Assembly: GCF_006345805.1 (NCBI RefSeq)
Contig: NC_043008.1
Location: 40,300,001 to 40,364,000, forward strand
DNA length: 64,000 bases
Source of the DNA: Octopus sinensis
Lineage: Eukaryota
Reading direction: 5' to 3'
The notes below the pieces were generated by a model, which had not been told where the DNA came from, did not search any database, and saw only the letters and a program-made list of their open reading frames with translations. Of this stretch, positions 44,182 to 59,458 are shown one piece after another; position 1 is the stretch's first letter, and every line of letters starts with the position of its first letter. The position numbers and the translations under genes were made by a program.

Positions 44182-45433
44182 GTGTGATACACACGCACAC
44201 ATACAAGTACATACATACACATATGCCCAGCCGCACCACCGCCACCCATTTCCTGTTCAACCATGTCGTCCATTTCTTGTTCACCCATGCGGCTTTTTTT
44301 GTCAAGGAACTGCTGTCGCTTCACTATAAATGCTAATACTCCGATATCACGTGGCATTCCTTAACAAATTGTAGCCCATCCGTCGATAAACATCTTGGAT
44401 TTCCTGCACCTCCATATTTATTCGAATTACTACTGGTGTGACGAAAAGTCCCGCTATGGCCTTGCAAACTAAGTAGCACAGAATCCGCATTATACTGTTT
44501 CCATCCATTCATGTAACTCTCGTTTGTCCACACATATGTCTTCGTGTATGTGCGTCTGTGTGTGCGCGCGTGTGGGCATGTGTATATATGTATGCATGTA
44601 TGTATGTATGTATGTATTATGTATGTATTTGTGTATACGGCTCTCTCTCTAGTGCATCAAAAGGTTGCCTTCGTGAAATAGTATATCCGAGACAGTAAGG
44701 AATCTTTCAAAATACAGTTTTAATAATGAACAGAGGAAGGCCTTACAAGAACAACTTTGAGACTGCTTCGAAAGAATCCAGATGGATTTTGCTGAAGGAC
44801 GGTGCCGGAATAATGATGATTTCTAGAGACAAATGACAGTTGAGATAATTGCGATTGATGTGAATAAAAGTTATTGATAGAGACACGAAGTCACCAGCCG
44901 TGCCAGGAAATAACGATATACCCCAATATCCCATCGGCACATATACATCAAACTTTAATTGCTTAACTGTTTTGAACGTTTGTCTGATTAAGCAGCGGTA
45001 ACAACAAAATTATACGCCAAAGGTAAACACTGCATTCAAATAAGATATACAGTAAAAACTACAAGTAATTAATATATTGAAAGAGTAAGAGGAAGGAATT
45101 TCGATAGAGGTGGAGTAGAGTGAGTGAGAAAGAGAGACATGTCTTCGTAAGCTAGTACAAATAATTATATATTTCTTTCACGTTTTCTATAGAAACACAC
45201 AAAAACATCCATGTATAATAATTCTTAATCTAAGATTTAACTGGAAGGATTAAGAAGCATCAAATCCACCATCCAAATTGAAGGTTTCTAAGCAAATTAT
45301 AAAGTCAATATATTTCAGATGTGAACGCTCAGAGAATTCAAATTTTCAGTGAAACGTGAATATAAAGCATATAGTTTCGTTGATTTCTACGAATATATAC
45401 ATACATGCACACACACACACACACACGCACGTT

Positions 45434-45502
<69 letters not shown>

Positions 45503-45852
45503 TATATAAAGATATATACGTGTGTGCGTATCTTTGTAAGTATATAAAGCAAATTAGCAAGTTGAGAAAATCTATCCGAGATGAAAGCAATAACTATACG
45601 GAGAAGTTATTTATCGCCACCTAAAGATGGCTGTTCGGTAGGAACCGACGTTACTACTACTTTTAATACATGGATGAGAACTCCACAAGTATGTTAGTCG
45701 ATGCAGTTTGCGCCCAATATATATAATAAGTATATTGCAAGTATATAAATATATATATATAAAGAGTAAGTCAATAACAGCAACGGAAATGATTAAACTC
45801 CAGAAAGACAGAGGTAGAGAGTCACATATATATATATAAATATATATTATAT

Positions 45853-45922
<70 letters not shown>

Positions 45923-46364
45923 ATATATATATATATACACACATATATATACATACATACACATACATGTATTTATATATACATATATACTGAAATATGC
46001 CTAGTGTTGTAAATATAAGGTAAACATCTTAGTATATTATATATCCACGTTATTTATTAGTATATACCAATTGAATTTGATCAGCATAATCTTTGTTTAA
46101 CTAATTTGTCAGCTTGGATTCTTTTCGAAATATCATATTCTATATCTCCGCAACAATCGAAGATTTTGATAAACGATTTAGTGGACTGTATTTGCTTAAT
46201 TATCCAGGCCGTTAGATTAATTACTTTATCTAAATTTTAAAATTCAAACCAGTGTAGGTTACTTTACTTTCATACTGGAAAATATCTGAACATCAATTTT
46301 CTCGGAGAACAAGCAGATCCACATGACTTCATCACTACTTTAAAAAAAAAGAAAATCATTTATT

Positions 46365-46480
46365 TAGATTTTGGTACAAGGCCAGCTATCGGTGGAATAG
46401 GTAAGTCGATTACAATGATCCGAGTACACAACCCGTAACTATTTTGTCGACCTCGGCGGAGGTTGAACTCAGAACGCAAA
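46365..46480 (-). mobile_element. SINE family A partial
   Basis: gtcgacctcggcgga..gaactcagaacg and taagtcgattac. Confidence 0.65.
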
Positions 46481-47830
46481 GTTGATAACCGATTCTTTCT
46501 ATTTCGTTCTATCGTAATAGGGTGTGATAGTTTTTACATATCACCTTGCGATTCGAACTAATTTTTCGTGGCAGTTCACTGTGTTAAATTTCAAAATGCC
46601 CTTAAGGGAATGCAATATCGGTTGGAGATGCTACTGGAGCATTGTGTGTGTGTGATTGTACCTGTGTATATGTTCGCATACGTCTGCGTGTCTGTGTGTT
46701 TGTGTGAGATTTCGTGTGTCTGCGCGTTTATGTATGTGTGTATATGGATTTGTGTGTAGGTATGTCTGCATATATCACGTTATTTTGAAATGCTTTCTAT
46801 TAATTTCGAATGTAGTTTTCATAATTAATTTTTATTTTGTCTTTTAGTTAGAAGATCCGATTTCAGGCTGATGTATTTTAAAGAGTTTCTATTCATTTAT
46901 TTATGTCGTTCTGTTAGTTCAACTGGCACGAATATATTTCATTTCGCTACGGAACATGAAAATGTGCTTATATTTGGAAAAATAAATATGTCCAAAATAT
47001 TTTCTATATACGTGTGTGTGTGAGTATTTGTGTGTGTGTGTGTATCTCTGTGTCTGTGTATTTAAGTGTGTACGTGTGTACGTGTGTGTTTTGAGAGAGG
47101 AAGATGCAAATGAAGATTTAAATATGAATTGTGTACGTTGTAAATAAGCAAACACTTTTTATTTTGTTAAATATGCAGAGTTGAATTACCGCTTTACGTA
47201 AAAGAAAATCAAAAGTTTACAAATAATGCTGACACACTACTTCATGTTTATACCAAAAAAAGAGGAAAAAAATATGAGTTAAGCTCGTTTCCATATATCC
47301 ATGCTGCGATGTTATCTCGGGAGTAATTGTTCAGATTTTCCCCACAAACCTGTTTTTTTTACACACTCAATTCCAAATATTATCGATCTATTTAGTGCAG
47401 ATTCTATTATTAATGCATTTTAAAAAATAATATCTTCTTCATAGATGTGTATATATATCATTTTTTTCTTTTTTTGTTCATATATATGTTATCCAAGCTC
47501 CACATTGCGAAGCTGATAACACACACATACGTAAAAATACATATTCCCTAACAATTACATACACAGATCTATATATTTCATAAATAACTTCCCGCTAAAA
47601 CACATTTTCAGCATTATCCATCAATATGTCCAATTGACATCGTTCTTTAAATATTTTCTCTAAACAGCTTTCATAAATTTACTTACATGAAGGAACGTAC
47701 TAAATTTTTAGACGCGATGCAATCTTAAAGAAAGAATGTCATTTCCAATACACATCTTATTCTCAGAAGATGGACGACCAATATCACATCCACTAATTTC
47801 TTATATTTTTGTCTTTATATATACCTATAA

Positions 47831-47905
<75 letters not shown>

Positions 47906-47996
47906 TATATGTGTATATATATGTATATATATGTGTGTATGTGTGTGTGCGTATATATATGTATATAAATATATGTATATATACATATATACATAA

Positions 47997-48038
<42 letters not shown>

Positions 48039-48086
48039 ATATATATATATATATATACATACATATATATATATATAATATATATA

Positions 48087-48135
<49 letters not shown>

Positions 48136-48569
48136 CACATACATTTATTTATATATACATATATACTTGTGTGTGTGTATGAATTTTTTTGAGTTTGCAG
48201 TAATGGAATGCTCGAAAATATTTCATGTATTTCATTGTTAATATTTCTGATTCATTTTCAGACACTTATTTTCTTTTAGAATTTTAGTCTTCATATCCCA
48301 TTTGTATGCTTGCTCTCAACTTCTTGACCAAATGAACATCAATCATAAGATATATAAAATAAAATATATATTATGAATTATTTTAGAACAATATCTGACA
48401 TGTTGAAACACATGAAATAGTGATGAGAAAGAGGAGAAACTAGCTGAATGAAGCGATTTACTTTTAAATCCAAACATTCGAGCCTATGAGTATGTTATCT
48501 TCGTTCCTTTATCTCACCAAGACTACCAGCTAAGAGTTAGTCGCTTGTTTAAAGAGAAAAAGTTACATA

Positions 48570-48770
48570 GAGTGGCAGCCGCAGGTTCGGTACAACTGTG
48601 TGGTATCTTGTGCGACTGTCTTCCCCTTTAACATCGGGGTGATATATGTAGGTACGTAATTATTCAGTTTACTTCAAGATATCTTGCTAATAGAGTAAGA
48701 AGCGGCTTCTAAACGAGACCCAAGGCCCTTTCATTGGAATTTCAACATCAACAACAGGGTATTTTTGTAT
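48570..48770 (+). mobile_element. SINE family B-like, degenerate
   Basis: gcaggttcggtacaactgtgtggtatcttg..gtcttc resembles the family B head in + orientation. Confidence 0.45.
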
Positions 48771-49755
48771 GTATGTATTATGTATGTATGTATGTATGTA
48801 TGTGCATATTTGTATGTGTGTTGTATCGTATCTAGTTCATTGATTCCTAAATATCTACATGTCTGATTTTGGGCTAATTCTCTAATTTCATTTGTTTTAT
48901 TTAGTATGATGTTGCTATTGTTAACTAGTTATCCTCTTTTAACGGTTCCTTTGGCACAATATTCTAAGCCAAATTTCATGTTTATTTCTTTGGTAAATCC
49001 ATGTACTAAGTATGCTAAAGGCACCACCTTCAAGAAATTTCAGTAGACGAATCTGCCGAACGTTTTTCGATGGCTAGTGCACAAGCTGCCTAAATTTTGC
49101 TGGCGAAATAAAACGCTCTTACCTAATCAAAACCTGAAACGCTGTGGAATCGAAACTCCGAATTGCGATAATAACTTTTAGCAAATCAAAAGAAATCGCA
49201 TTGAAATGAAGAATTAACAAATGCTAACTAGATTACCGTTAATAAGCTGTCTGTTTAAACCCATGAAACATTTTTCATGAAATTGATGCCACGATGGGCA
49301 GTGCGAAAAATGCTGAGATGTTAAGAGGTTTGAAAAATCGATGCTGATTAAAAATCGATTTTTAAATAAATTCAAGCGCGTAAGTGACCGGATGGGCTTA
49401 AGCACCCCACACGTGTCAAGTTTTACGAAGGTCTGTTGGATAGTCTCGGAGGAGTTGAAATAACAAATTCACAAACACAAACTTGCCACTTATTATTATG
49501 CATTAATAAGGTGACTGGGAAGTTCACACCTTTACAGGTACACTATACGGTAAACTTAGATTCAGTAGGGTATATAATACCACTTGCTAAAATGAGAGCA
49601 AATGCTCCAAAAAACACCGTATATTCACGGTAAAGTTAAACAAGCAGACGAGTGGTATACAACAAGGGGTATTATTTATCCTACTGAACCTACATTTAAC
49701 TTATATTGTGCATGTAACATTGTGAACTTGTCAGCCATCTTATTATTACATTCTA

Positions 49756-49970
49756 AGGCGGCGAGCTGGCAGAAATGTTAGCACGCAGGACGTTGCTTAG
49801 CGAAATATCTCCCGTCGCTACGTTCTGAGTTCAAATTTCGCCGAGGTCAAGTTTTCCTTTCACAGTCCATAAATTAAATATCAGTTGCGTACACGGTTCG
49901 ATGAAATCAACTGGTTTCCTCCTCCAAAATGTCAGGCTCTGTGCTTATAGTAGAAAGGATTATTATCTTA
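49756..49970 (+). mobile_element. SINE family A
   Basis: ggcggcgagctggcagaaatgttagcacgc..gttctgagttcaaatttcgccgaggtca. Confidence 0.85.
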
Positions 49971-50230
49971 TTAATATTATTAATAAAGCAATGATACTTC
50001 TATATTTAAAAGTAACGTGGCATAAAATATTTTGCTCAAGAACACAACGGATCACCTGTGTAGGAATTGGAACTAAGATATGGCGACTGTGTGAGTCAAC
50101 TCTCTAACCACATTGTTATATGTCCTAAGACACACAGATACATATTCATATATGTGTATGTGTAAATGTGTGTTGCAAGTGATGGACCCTTGATGAAATT
50201 GCAATGACTACGATGCATAATTGTATACGG

Positions 50231-50281
50231 AGTGTGGTTGCTACAATAGTGTGGTTGCTACAATAGTGTGGTTGCTACAAT
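50231..50281. repeat. 17-bp unit x3 (agtgtggttgctacaat)
   Basis: Exact tandem copies. Confidence 0.95.
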
Positions 50282-50381
50282 GAAACATAATTTGGTCATT
50301 GTTACATATATTATGTGGAAAACATTTTTAATAAAAACTTTAGACTGTGAATAAATCTGCACTTTCGTTTTTGTTTACAAT

Positions 50382-50421
<40 letters not shown>

Positions 50422-50801
50422 TCATCTACATATCAATATATATTTATTTATTTACTTATTTATTTATTCATATGAAATTTATTGAATATATTAAAAATGA
50501 AATATGTAGATATATTTGACACGTGAAATGATGTCTATTTTAAGTTCAGATACAATAAAACAGAAGAAAACGAACATCAAATGACAATCCCTGGAACTAA
50601 TATGCAGTTTATTTTCAAAATAAAATCATTCTTTCAGATTGTATTTTCTTTTTACGTATTTGAAACAAATATTCGAGTGAAAATATTTAGTTAAATGTGC
50701 TGCCAGAATATATTTTCGAATTTTAAATCTAAATGTATAAAAATAATGCAAATTTGTATGTGCAATGGTATATAAATAAAAATACAAATATAAATATATA
50801 T

Positions 50802-50862
<61 letters not shown>

Positions 50863-51266
50863 AGTACACAAACATACACATATGTATGTGTGTGTGCGTT
50901 TCTAGGTGTGTATGTACGTATGCACATGTATCCTTATGCTGGTTAGTACAGCAAGTAGCAGCAAAAAGTCGGGAATATTATAAGGTGTAGAGATTTAACT
51001 TAAATCAGAGAGTATTATCAGGTGTTATAACGTATCTCTTGTGAATGTCTAGTGATTCCGTCAATATGTAACTCTTATCTTTTCCATTATTTACCAAACA
51101 CAAATAAAATGCTTAGGAAACATGATCTCCTGGGGAGAAATACGTCAGACTCACTACAAAGCGATTAAACACTTTATTCACTCTCTCAATTTCAACGTCA
51201 CACACACACACGCATATGGGTATGTGTGTTTGTGTAAGCATGTGTGTATGTGTATATATGCATATG

Positions 51267-51324
<58 letters not shown>

Positions 51325-51354
51325 CATACATACACACACACATATATATACTCT

Positions 51355-51577
51355 TTTACTTGTTTTACTTGTTTCAGTCATTTGACTGCGGCCATGCTGG
51401 AGCACCGCCTTTAGTCGAGCAAATCGACCCCAGGACTTATTCTTTGTAAGCCCAGTACTTATTCTATCAGTCTCTTTTGCCGAACCGTTAAGTGACGGGG
51501 ATGTAAACACACCAGCATCGGTTGTCAAGCAATGCTAGGGGGGAAAACACAGACACACAAACACACACACATACATA

Positions 51578-51650
<73 letters not shown>

Positions 51651-51724
51651 TACGACGGGCTTCTTCAGCTTCCATCTACCAAATCCACTCACAAAGCTAC
51701 TTACCACACAGCAACACCTGCGCC
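51355..51724 (-). mobile_element. SINE family B with internal microsatellite and a deletion in the head
   Basis: Colinear with 39253-39704; roughly 95 bp missing between ctcacaaag and cttaccac. Confidence 0.9.
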
Positions 51725-53269
51725 AATATATATATATATATATCAGCAGTTTCAACGCCTATTATTGCGTAAGCTTAAGGGAAGTTAGGTTAGTGAAAAT
51801 ATGTTTCTGATATATTTCAGCTTCTAAAGACAAATTCAGAGCACTTACCGCGGGGAACAAATTATCTTCTATAGTATTAAATATAAAAGCACCATATCTG
51901 GCCAGTACTACCCCTATCGGAATCCCGGACTTGTTTCTAGTTCATCAGCTGTTCTCAATGAGAAATAGTAAAAAAAGAGTATTCTGGGAAATTTTATAAT
52001 TAAAATCATCGCTTTAACTAAATTATAGTCAAAACAGAGACTGTTTTTCTTCACGGTAACCGCAGTGAATTTGTTTTAGAAGTTGAGATATGTCACAAAT
52101 ATATTTTAACTAATCTAAAACTGCTTGGCATTATTTTTTTAATGTTGTGGTCTAATGGCGCAACTCAGTAACTGTTGTGGAGAGCTTTAGTTCAAGCTAC
52201 GGCTATAAATCTGCCCAGAGTTGTCCCTCTTCGGTATTTCCCATTGATAATGGCTGACGAGTTATAGGTGCATCAGGGAATTGGGCAGTGGCCAGCACCA
52301 GATAGATATACTGTTTTTACAACATTTACAATCAGAAAGAATATTTTCCTACGTTAATTCCCGTACATTTCCGTTTAGATATTGAAATGCGTCATTAAAA
52401 TATTTTATCTCGCATATATGTGTGTGTGTGTGTGTGTGTATAAAGTAAAAGCCATTTGCCAAAATAATATGGCTGTCCTTGAAGGGAAATTGCTATAGTT
52501 CATTATCCCCCCAAAACATCGTTTCTAGATAGATATACGGCACACTGTTCTTATATTTTCGAACCAGGAATTCAACATCTCCACCCAGCACAAAACAATA
52601 TTCGTGAACTACTTTTAGGGTTATTGCTCTTCGTTACCACAGAGTAGCCTGCTTTCGCTCATGTGTATATTTATCTGGAGTTTTTGGTAGTTTTTTGAAG
52701 GTACCCGCACTTCAACCATGCTGGACATATACACACACGCACAGATGAACGCACATATAATCCACAGACACAATCCCATGCGCACACAAATACGCACACG
52801 CTCATACACCCACGTACATATACACATGCACACAAAGAAGCATGCACACACTACATACAAAAAACACACTCGCACAAAATATATATATATACACACAAAC
52901 GTACATGCACATGCATACACATATTTCAAACTGCTAGTGAAACACCTTTCTACTGAACATTCCTCTACGCACATGTTACAAAACACACTGCATAAAAGAC
53001 AGCCACTCCTACAACTAAATTCTTTCTACAAAAGTAAGCGACACAAAGTTCAGTCACACATACACAAACATACTTCCTTCTCATACGCTCTCCTGTCTTA
53101 GAAAGAACTTTTTCTTCACTCATTCCCCTCCGACCATTTCAAAATGTAACCATATGTGAATCGTTGGCGATATTCTCTCGCCCTCTTCTCTTCTTTTGGA
53201 CTTGCCACTGTTTCCGAAGAAGAGCGTCTGCTGTCCTCACGTTGTTTTTTTTTGTGTTCATTCTTTTTG

Positions 53270-53356
<87 letters not shown>

Positions 53357-53374
53357 GCATATGCATACACATGA

Positions 53375-53532
53375 CGTGCTTTCCTTCAAAATTTTTCTAT
53401 TAAATATACTCACAAGGCTTTCGTGAACGTAAGTCTAAAGTAGAGAATAACTACCAAAGATGCCGTGCACTGGGCTTCATTCCGGACCCATGTTATCGGT
53501 AAGAAAATTTCTTACCACACAGCCACACCTGT
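53375..53532 (-). mobile_element. SINE family B head, degenerate
   Basis: ctcacaaggctt..cttaccacacagccacacc. Confidence 0.7.
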
Positions 53533-53550
53533 TTTGTATAATATAATATA

Positions 53551-53588
<38 letters not shown>

Positions 53589-53634
53589 TATATATCTATC
53601 TATCTATCTATCTATCTATTTATCTATCTATCTA

Positions 53635-53676
<42 letters not shown>

Positions 53677-53690
53677 ATATATATATATAT

Positions 53691-53770
<80 letters not shown>

Positions 53771-54123
53771 ATGAATCTCTTTTTCTTGTCGTTCGTTGTC
53801 ATTATGTGAGCCGAATGTGCCTCTGTGGAATTATGTTCTGTTTGCTATTATGTGCGCCGCATTGGTTACAAGACGAGTATTTGTTAAAATGAAATGTGTG
53901 ACTACATTTTCTTCAGACACGTAAACGCGCAATGTGTGACAAATTTACTGGAAGCGGTGGTCTATCAGCTGCTTCCGAAGCGGTTCCAACGATTTCGCCA
54001 AATGTTTCACTGAAATATGCTACGTATGTATTTGATTTAACTTCCTGTTAAGAAAAAAATCACATATTTACTTATGAAAACTACATTTTATGAGAAAGTG
54101 ACATACTCTTTTCTACTTTAGGG

Positions 54124-54694
54124 ACAAGGCTCGAAATTTGAGAGAAGGGGGCCAGTCGATTAGATCGACCCCAGTACGCAACTGGTACTTAATTGATCGA
54201 CCCTGGAAGGATGACAGGCAAAGTCGACCACGGCGGAGTTTGATCTCAGAACATAAATACCTATTTCTTTACTACGAATACCTATTTATTTACTAGCCAC
54301 AAGGGGCTAAGCACAGAGAGGACAAACAAGGACAGACAAGCGGATTAAGTCGATTATATCGACCCCAGTATGTATCTGGTGCATATTTAATCGACCCCGA
54401 AAGGATGAAAGGCAAAGTCGACTTTGGCGGAATTTCAACTCAGAACGTAACGGCAGACGAAATACATATTACTTTATTACCCACACGGAGCTAAACACAG
54501 AGACGACAAACAAGGACAGACAAATGGTTTAAATCGATTATATCGACTTCAGTGCTTAACTGGTTCTTATTTAATCGACCCTGAAAGGATGAAAGGCAAA
54601 GTCGACCTTGGCGGAATTTGAACTCACAACGTAACGGCAGACGAAATACCGCTAAGCATTTCACCCGGCGTGCTAACGATTCTGCCAGCTCACC
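54124..54694 (-). mobile_element. SINE family A trimer (one head, three B-box/central-domain segments)
   Basis: Segment aaaggatgaaaggcaaagtcgac..aatttgaactcagaacgt occurs three times, about 185-190 bp apart. Confidence 0.88.
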
Positions 54695-55479
54695 AGGTCG
54701 CCTAAAGTAACGTATTCTGAAGTGAAAGAAGCAAGATTAATCCATCACAATTCATTGACGAAATTAATAATTGAGCCGTACTGAGAAAGTTGTTTCTATA
54801 AATGTCATTCATAGAATTCCTGATTTATGAACTTAAGCGTAAATTTTGGAAGCAAATATTTTGAATATAACACGCTATGGTAAAACTATGAACTGCTTTA
54901 TATAACTACTTCGGCTGGAATGAGATTGTGAAGCTAAACGACCAGAAGCATATTAGTTTCCTATCTATATTAATTTCCTGTCGATTGATAGATTATATTT
55001 TATCTAATGAATCTCATCAAGTTAATGTTACAAATATTTGACATCGTCTCACAACGGCTCTTATCAATTACCATAGTAAATCAGATCAACTCATAGATGT
55101 TGGTTCTTTTACGAGATTATGAATCACGGACTTTGTTAGATGTAATGTAGAAATTCGGTTATATGCATAGATGCTTATTTTAACCGTTTTTAGTCGTACA
55201 AACACATTTACACCAGACACGTTTAAAATATTTATTGTTTCAGTTTTATGATGCCTATTATGTGCATATACTTTTTAATACTCGAGATAAAAGAGCCACC
55301 ATGACATTGGTTAAATTTTTTCGCGCAATAACACGGGTATGGCACAAATCATGTAAATTATGTACAAACGTAATTTAAAGTAGAAAAAATATTATTGCTG
55401 TCGCTGTAGGTAACCTAGCAGACTGTAAGAACTAACTGGCCACTACAATGTCTTACGTATCTCACGAAGATCTTTGCAA

Positions 55480-56460
55480 TGTTCTGCTGAACAAATTGAC
55501 GGAAGAGTTTTAAGTTGTCTTCAGTGACGTTTAGACATCTTTCTGGAGCGGCAGGTCTTGTGTCGAATAGTTCTTTGTGTGCAATCTATTGGAACAATTC
55601 AGAGAGAATAGACTGCGGCTGCTTCTTAATTTCAGCAATTTTAAGAAAACATTTGACAGTGTTCACCGAGATGCACTCTGGAATATATCGAGAATCTATT
55701 GGTTCCCGATTAGATGTAACTGCATCTTTAACTATCTATATAGAAACTACCAGTGTGGCATGAAGACATGCAGTGGTTTCACGGATATATTCGAAATGGC
55801 TACCGGAGCAAGACAGATTGAAACTTGTCACAGTTCCTGTTTCTTTCTCATGACGATTGATTCCATCATGCAGAAAGCAACGGACAGCATCAGTTTTCGA
55901 GTGACATGGATACTGGGCAAAGTGACTGAGTTGGACATAGCTTGAGAAAGTTCTGACTCAGATACGTTAGATGATATTTCAGAAAACTACAAAACTTTGG
56001 GGGCGAACGCAAGTTTGCGGAATAGCGCTGAAAATTCCACACCTGTGTTAAGTTATTGAAGCTCAAACAACACCAGTCTCAGATGTGGCGATATTGTCGA
56101 GTAGAGCGATAAATTTGCAAATCTGAGAAGCTACATATGCAACGTGGTTGATGCAGATATTGAAAACAAGATCAGGATAAGTAGAGCAACACCAGTACTC
56201 CAACGCTCTCGTCCAATATGGAGATCGAAGATCCTTAGCGAAGCGATAAAGCTGCAATAATACTCACCTTTTGTTATGTTAACAGTAAATATGCCCGTGA
56301 AAGATGGAGGAAAAGAGCGGAGAGCTCTAAATTGCTAGATATGTTCCACTGACGCTGCCTACATTCAATTCTGAGCAAAGCGGGGCAAAGCGAGAGACGA
56401 AGAGGTGAGAGAAAGGCTGGTCCTGGAAGTTAGCAGGACATAGTGACTCAACAGCGGATA
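55480..56460 (+). mobile_element. RTE-clade LINE reverse transcriptase fragment, degenerate
   Basis: LLEQFRE..NFSNFKKTFDSVHRDALW (DFEKAFDSV), TGARQ (GVRQG), MTIDSIMQKA, ELDIA; later RATPVLQRSRPIWRSK. Stops and frameshifts present. Confidence 0.85.
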
Positions 56461-58418
56461 CGCACTGAGCCAAGTAATGATCTTATTCCAGTAGAATATG
56501 ACAAATTGAAAATAGATATGCTTTTGAGATACGAATAACATTGGATGATCAAGTATCCTCCCTTGAGGCTATATCTCTTTTTTGCATAAGAACACAGGGA
56601 TTTCAATTTATTTCCGAAATACAATAAAGCATGAACAATCTTACAACCCTTTCAATATCACTTCAGTCTAGAAATATGTAACAAATATTACAATGAGACC
56701 TGGTAGAATCGATAGGCTATAATCTATGGCCATCGAAGGCACTGTGGGATCCCTGTGAACAACGTATCAAATGGGCCCATTAATTTCTCAATACATTAGA
56801 GATTGCTTAATTCTAGTGTGTTGTTCTCCCAGAAATAATCAGAAAAATTCGACATTCTTGTCTTATTGCGACGTTGCAAATATGATTGTAATATCCACAA
56901 AATGTAATCATCAAAACTGTCACAAAAGATATAAGCCGTCGGTATGAAATAGTCATTCTTTATTGTCACAGTACTGTCGCAATTATTTTCTGTTTCCACT
57001 GTTTCATTTCTATATAAATGTAAAAAAAAACGTCAATATTTTTTTGATTTATACATTTTATATGTACTCAAGTCGTATACGACAGATTATAAATAATCCA
57101 TCATTCTCTATAATTAATGTTACACATTGTTTACTCAACTTCAAACAGAAAACCAGGTATCAATTTTCCGAAACTTTTTTCCAGCAATGGTTTCCAAGTT
57201 ATATATTCTCACAGAAAAAAAAAATCAAGAAATCTTGTGTGCGGTTTTCAGAGATTTTCTGATATTATTCACCCTACAATCAGTTTTACAGCAGAATAGG
57301 TAGCACATCCTCAACATTAAAACACAAGGAATTCTTATACGATCATTTACAGTATGACTGATTCCGTACTAAATAAAATTACGTTAATCTAACAGCTAGA
57401 AATCAGTACAAGAGTAAATTTAAACTAAGGAATGGCTTCAATCCAAATCTCCAATTTTTGAAATGGTTTCTAATTAACATATACTTACTGACAGAATCAG
57501 CATTCTAATGTCAGAATGAAAATTAATTCGCACACTCAAACACAAGCGTAGATTAGCTTTGAATTATATTTGTATGTGTCAAAGATCATCCGCTTGCCAC
57601 TCATTCGATACACAACTCCAGAGCGGATTAGTAATCGTTTAGTTTTAGAATTATGTATTTAAATTATAAATGGGCTGCTTGAAATAAGTATGGTTGTTTA
57701 AAATGTAAGGTAAAAGAAAAAAAGAAAAAAATCTACATTTTAAGATGAATCCCCTTTTATATTGGTGATTTGTCAATAATGCCTAATTACTCGCTGATAA
57801 AATTAAAATTTAATTCCAATATAAAATGTTCCTTTAAGTATTTATTGTAATGAACGAAGAGGTCAACGAAAGACTGCGCTTGTATTTCAAACATTTTTTT
57901 CTTTTTTAGTTTTTAATTCATGAATTATACACAGATAAAACCGACTACTTAGCATTACAGCAATTCAGCTACAAGTAGGTTCTGATCAATATCAATACAC
58001 TATATGACATTATTAATCTCACACACAATGTCCTTCGGCAATTTGCGTGGATCTTTATAGAATCATTTTAAATAGAATTCCTGTAAAATTAAATTCTACT
58101 TCATAAACCAGCATAAGGTTGAATTAACGATTTCGCAGATAAGGAATGCATACGCTTATGCAAAGTTCTAATGCAAGATATTGCTTGCAAATTCATGTTG
58201 TCATATTGATACCAAAATTTATGTCCATCTTCAGGTTTCTCCTGCATTTAAACTCCAGCCGATGTATGCTCCTCAACCCCTTTCTAATAAAACAATAAAT
58301 TCCTATATGTATATATATATATATATATATATAATAGAAATACTAAAATTACTAAGTCTCTCTAAAGGAGATTACGGCAGCGTTACTGGAAATTATGGCG
58401 ATAACTATTAATATATAT

Positions 58419-59437
58419 TGTTGTGAATAGTCACAGTACTTCTTGACCTACTTTGCTTGGGGTGGAATCTGGAAGTCTGGAATACAAAGTTATAGTCCTT
58501 TGTTCACGGAAGAGTGATGGCTTTTGGAAGGACCCCTACCCTTTTTCCGGTCAAGGAAAGGTCAAAAAACTATCTTATAAAAAGGAGCTGTGAGTCTGTA
58601 GATCAGTTCCAGCCGAGAGATTGAGGTGGTAGCATGGCAAGAGCGCAGAGAGAGACAGACACACAGTCATGAGAGATGACAGAAGAGATAGTGACAGGAC
58701 GGTGTTGAGAACGACAGGGGACAGTGAGAGGATGCGGGGTTGAGGAGGATATACACATAGGATTAAACAGCTAATAGAGATGGACTACAGTGTGAGGCAT
58801 TGGCGGTTGTACGGTATGTGTTTAATTGTATGTTGATATGTGAATTATGTAAAGAGATTATAACGAACTGTTACAGAAGTGAGTAAAGGACTGTTGATGT
58901 GTCATAAAGAACAATGTGAATTGTATTCATACGTGTTACAAAAAAAAGAGAAAGAAGAACAAGAAGGAAAAATACAAGAAAAGAACTATGAACTGTATCG
59001 TTAATGTGTACGTTAATTGTAACGTGAATTATTTGTCTATGAACATTGTATAATGTATTGATTTGTTTGATTCGACGTGTATATTGTATTTGCATGTTTA
59101 AATGCTTCGATCTGTTGTATACCTGTTTCTTGATTTGTTGTTTTCTTTAAATGCTGTTGTTATATTGCATCTGCATGCTGTTGATTCTGTTGCTTGTATC
59201 TACCTGATGCATCACATTGTATTTGTTGTAATAGTTATATAAACAAGCCTCTGTGTCTCTTCCTGCTGCTGCTGCTGTTGTTGTTGTTGTTGTCTCTCTC
59301 CTCTCTGAGTTCCGTGGCGACATTTGAACGATCGATCGAGCCTGGTCAATCGTCGTCGCTCGACCTGTTGGGATCCCGGGTTCGAGTTTGAGCGACGGCA
59401 GGTGGGATTCCGTAACAACTTTCGGAGGTCCGTAACA
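58419..59437 (+). mobile_element. Probable solo LTR (Gypsy-like), about 1019 bp
   Basis: Starts TGTTG, ends TAACA, with ATAT on both sides (4-bp TSD-like). TATA-like tataaaaa at 58576 and atataaac at 59237. No coding region. Confidence 0.6.
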
Positions 59438-59458
59438 ATATATATATATATATATATA

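Noticed and set aside
56693-56722. MRPGRIDRL resembling the AAA ATPase SRH motif
   Set aside because: Flanked by stops, with no splice context or other AAA motifs.
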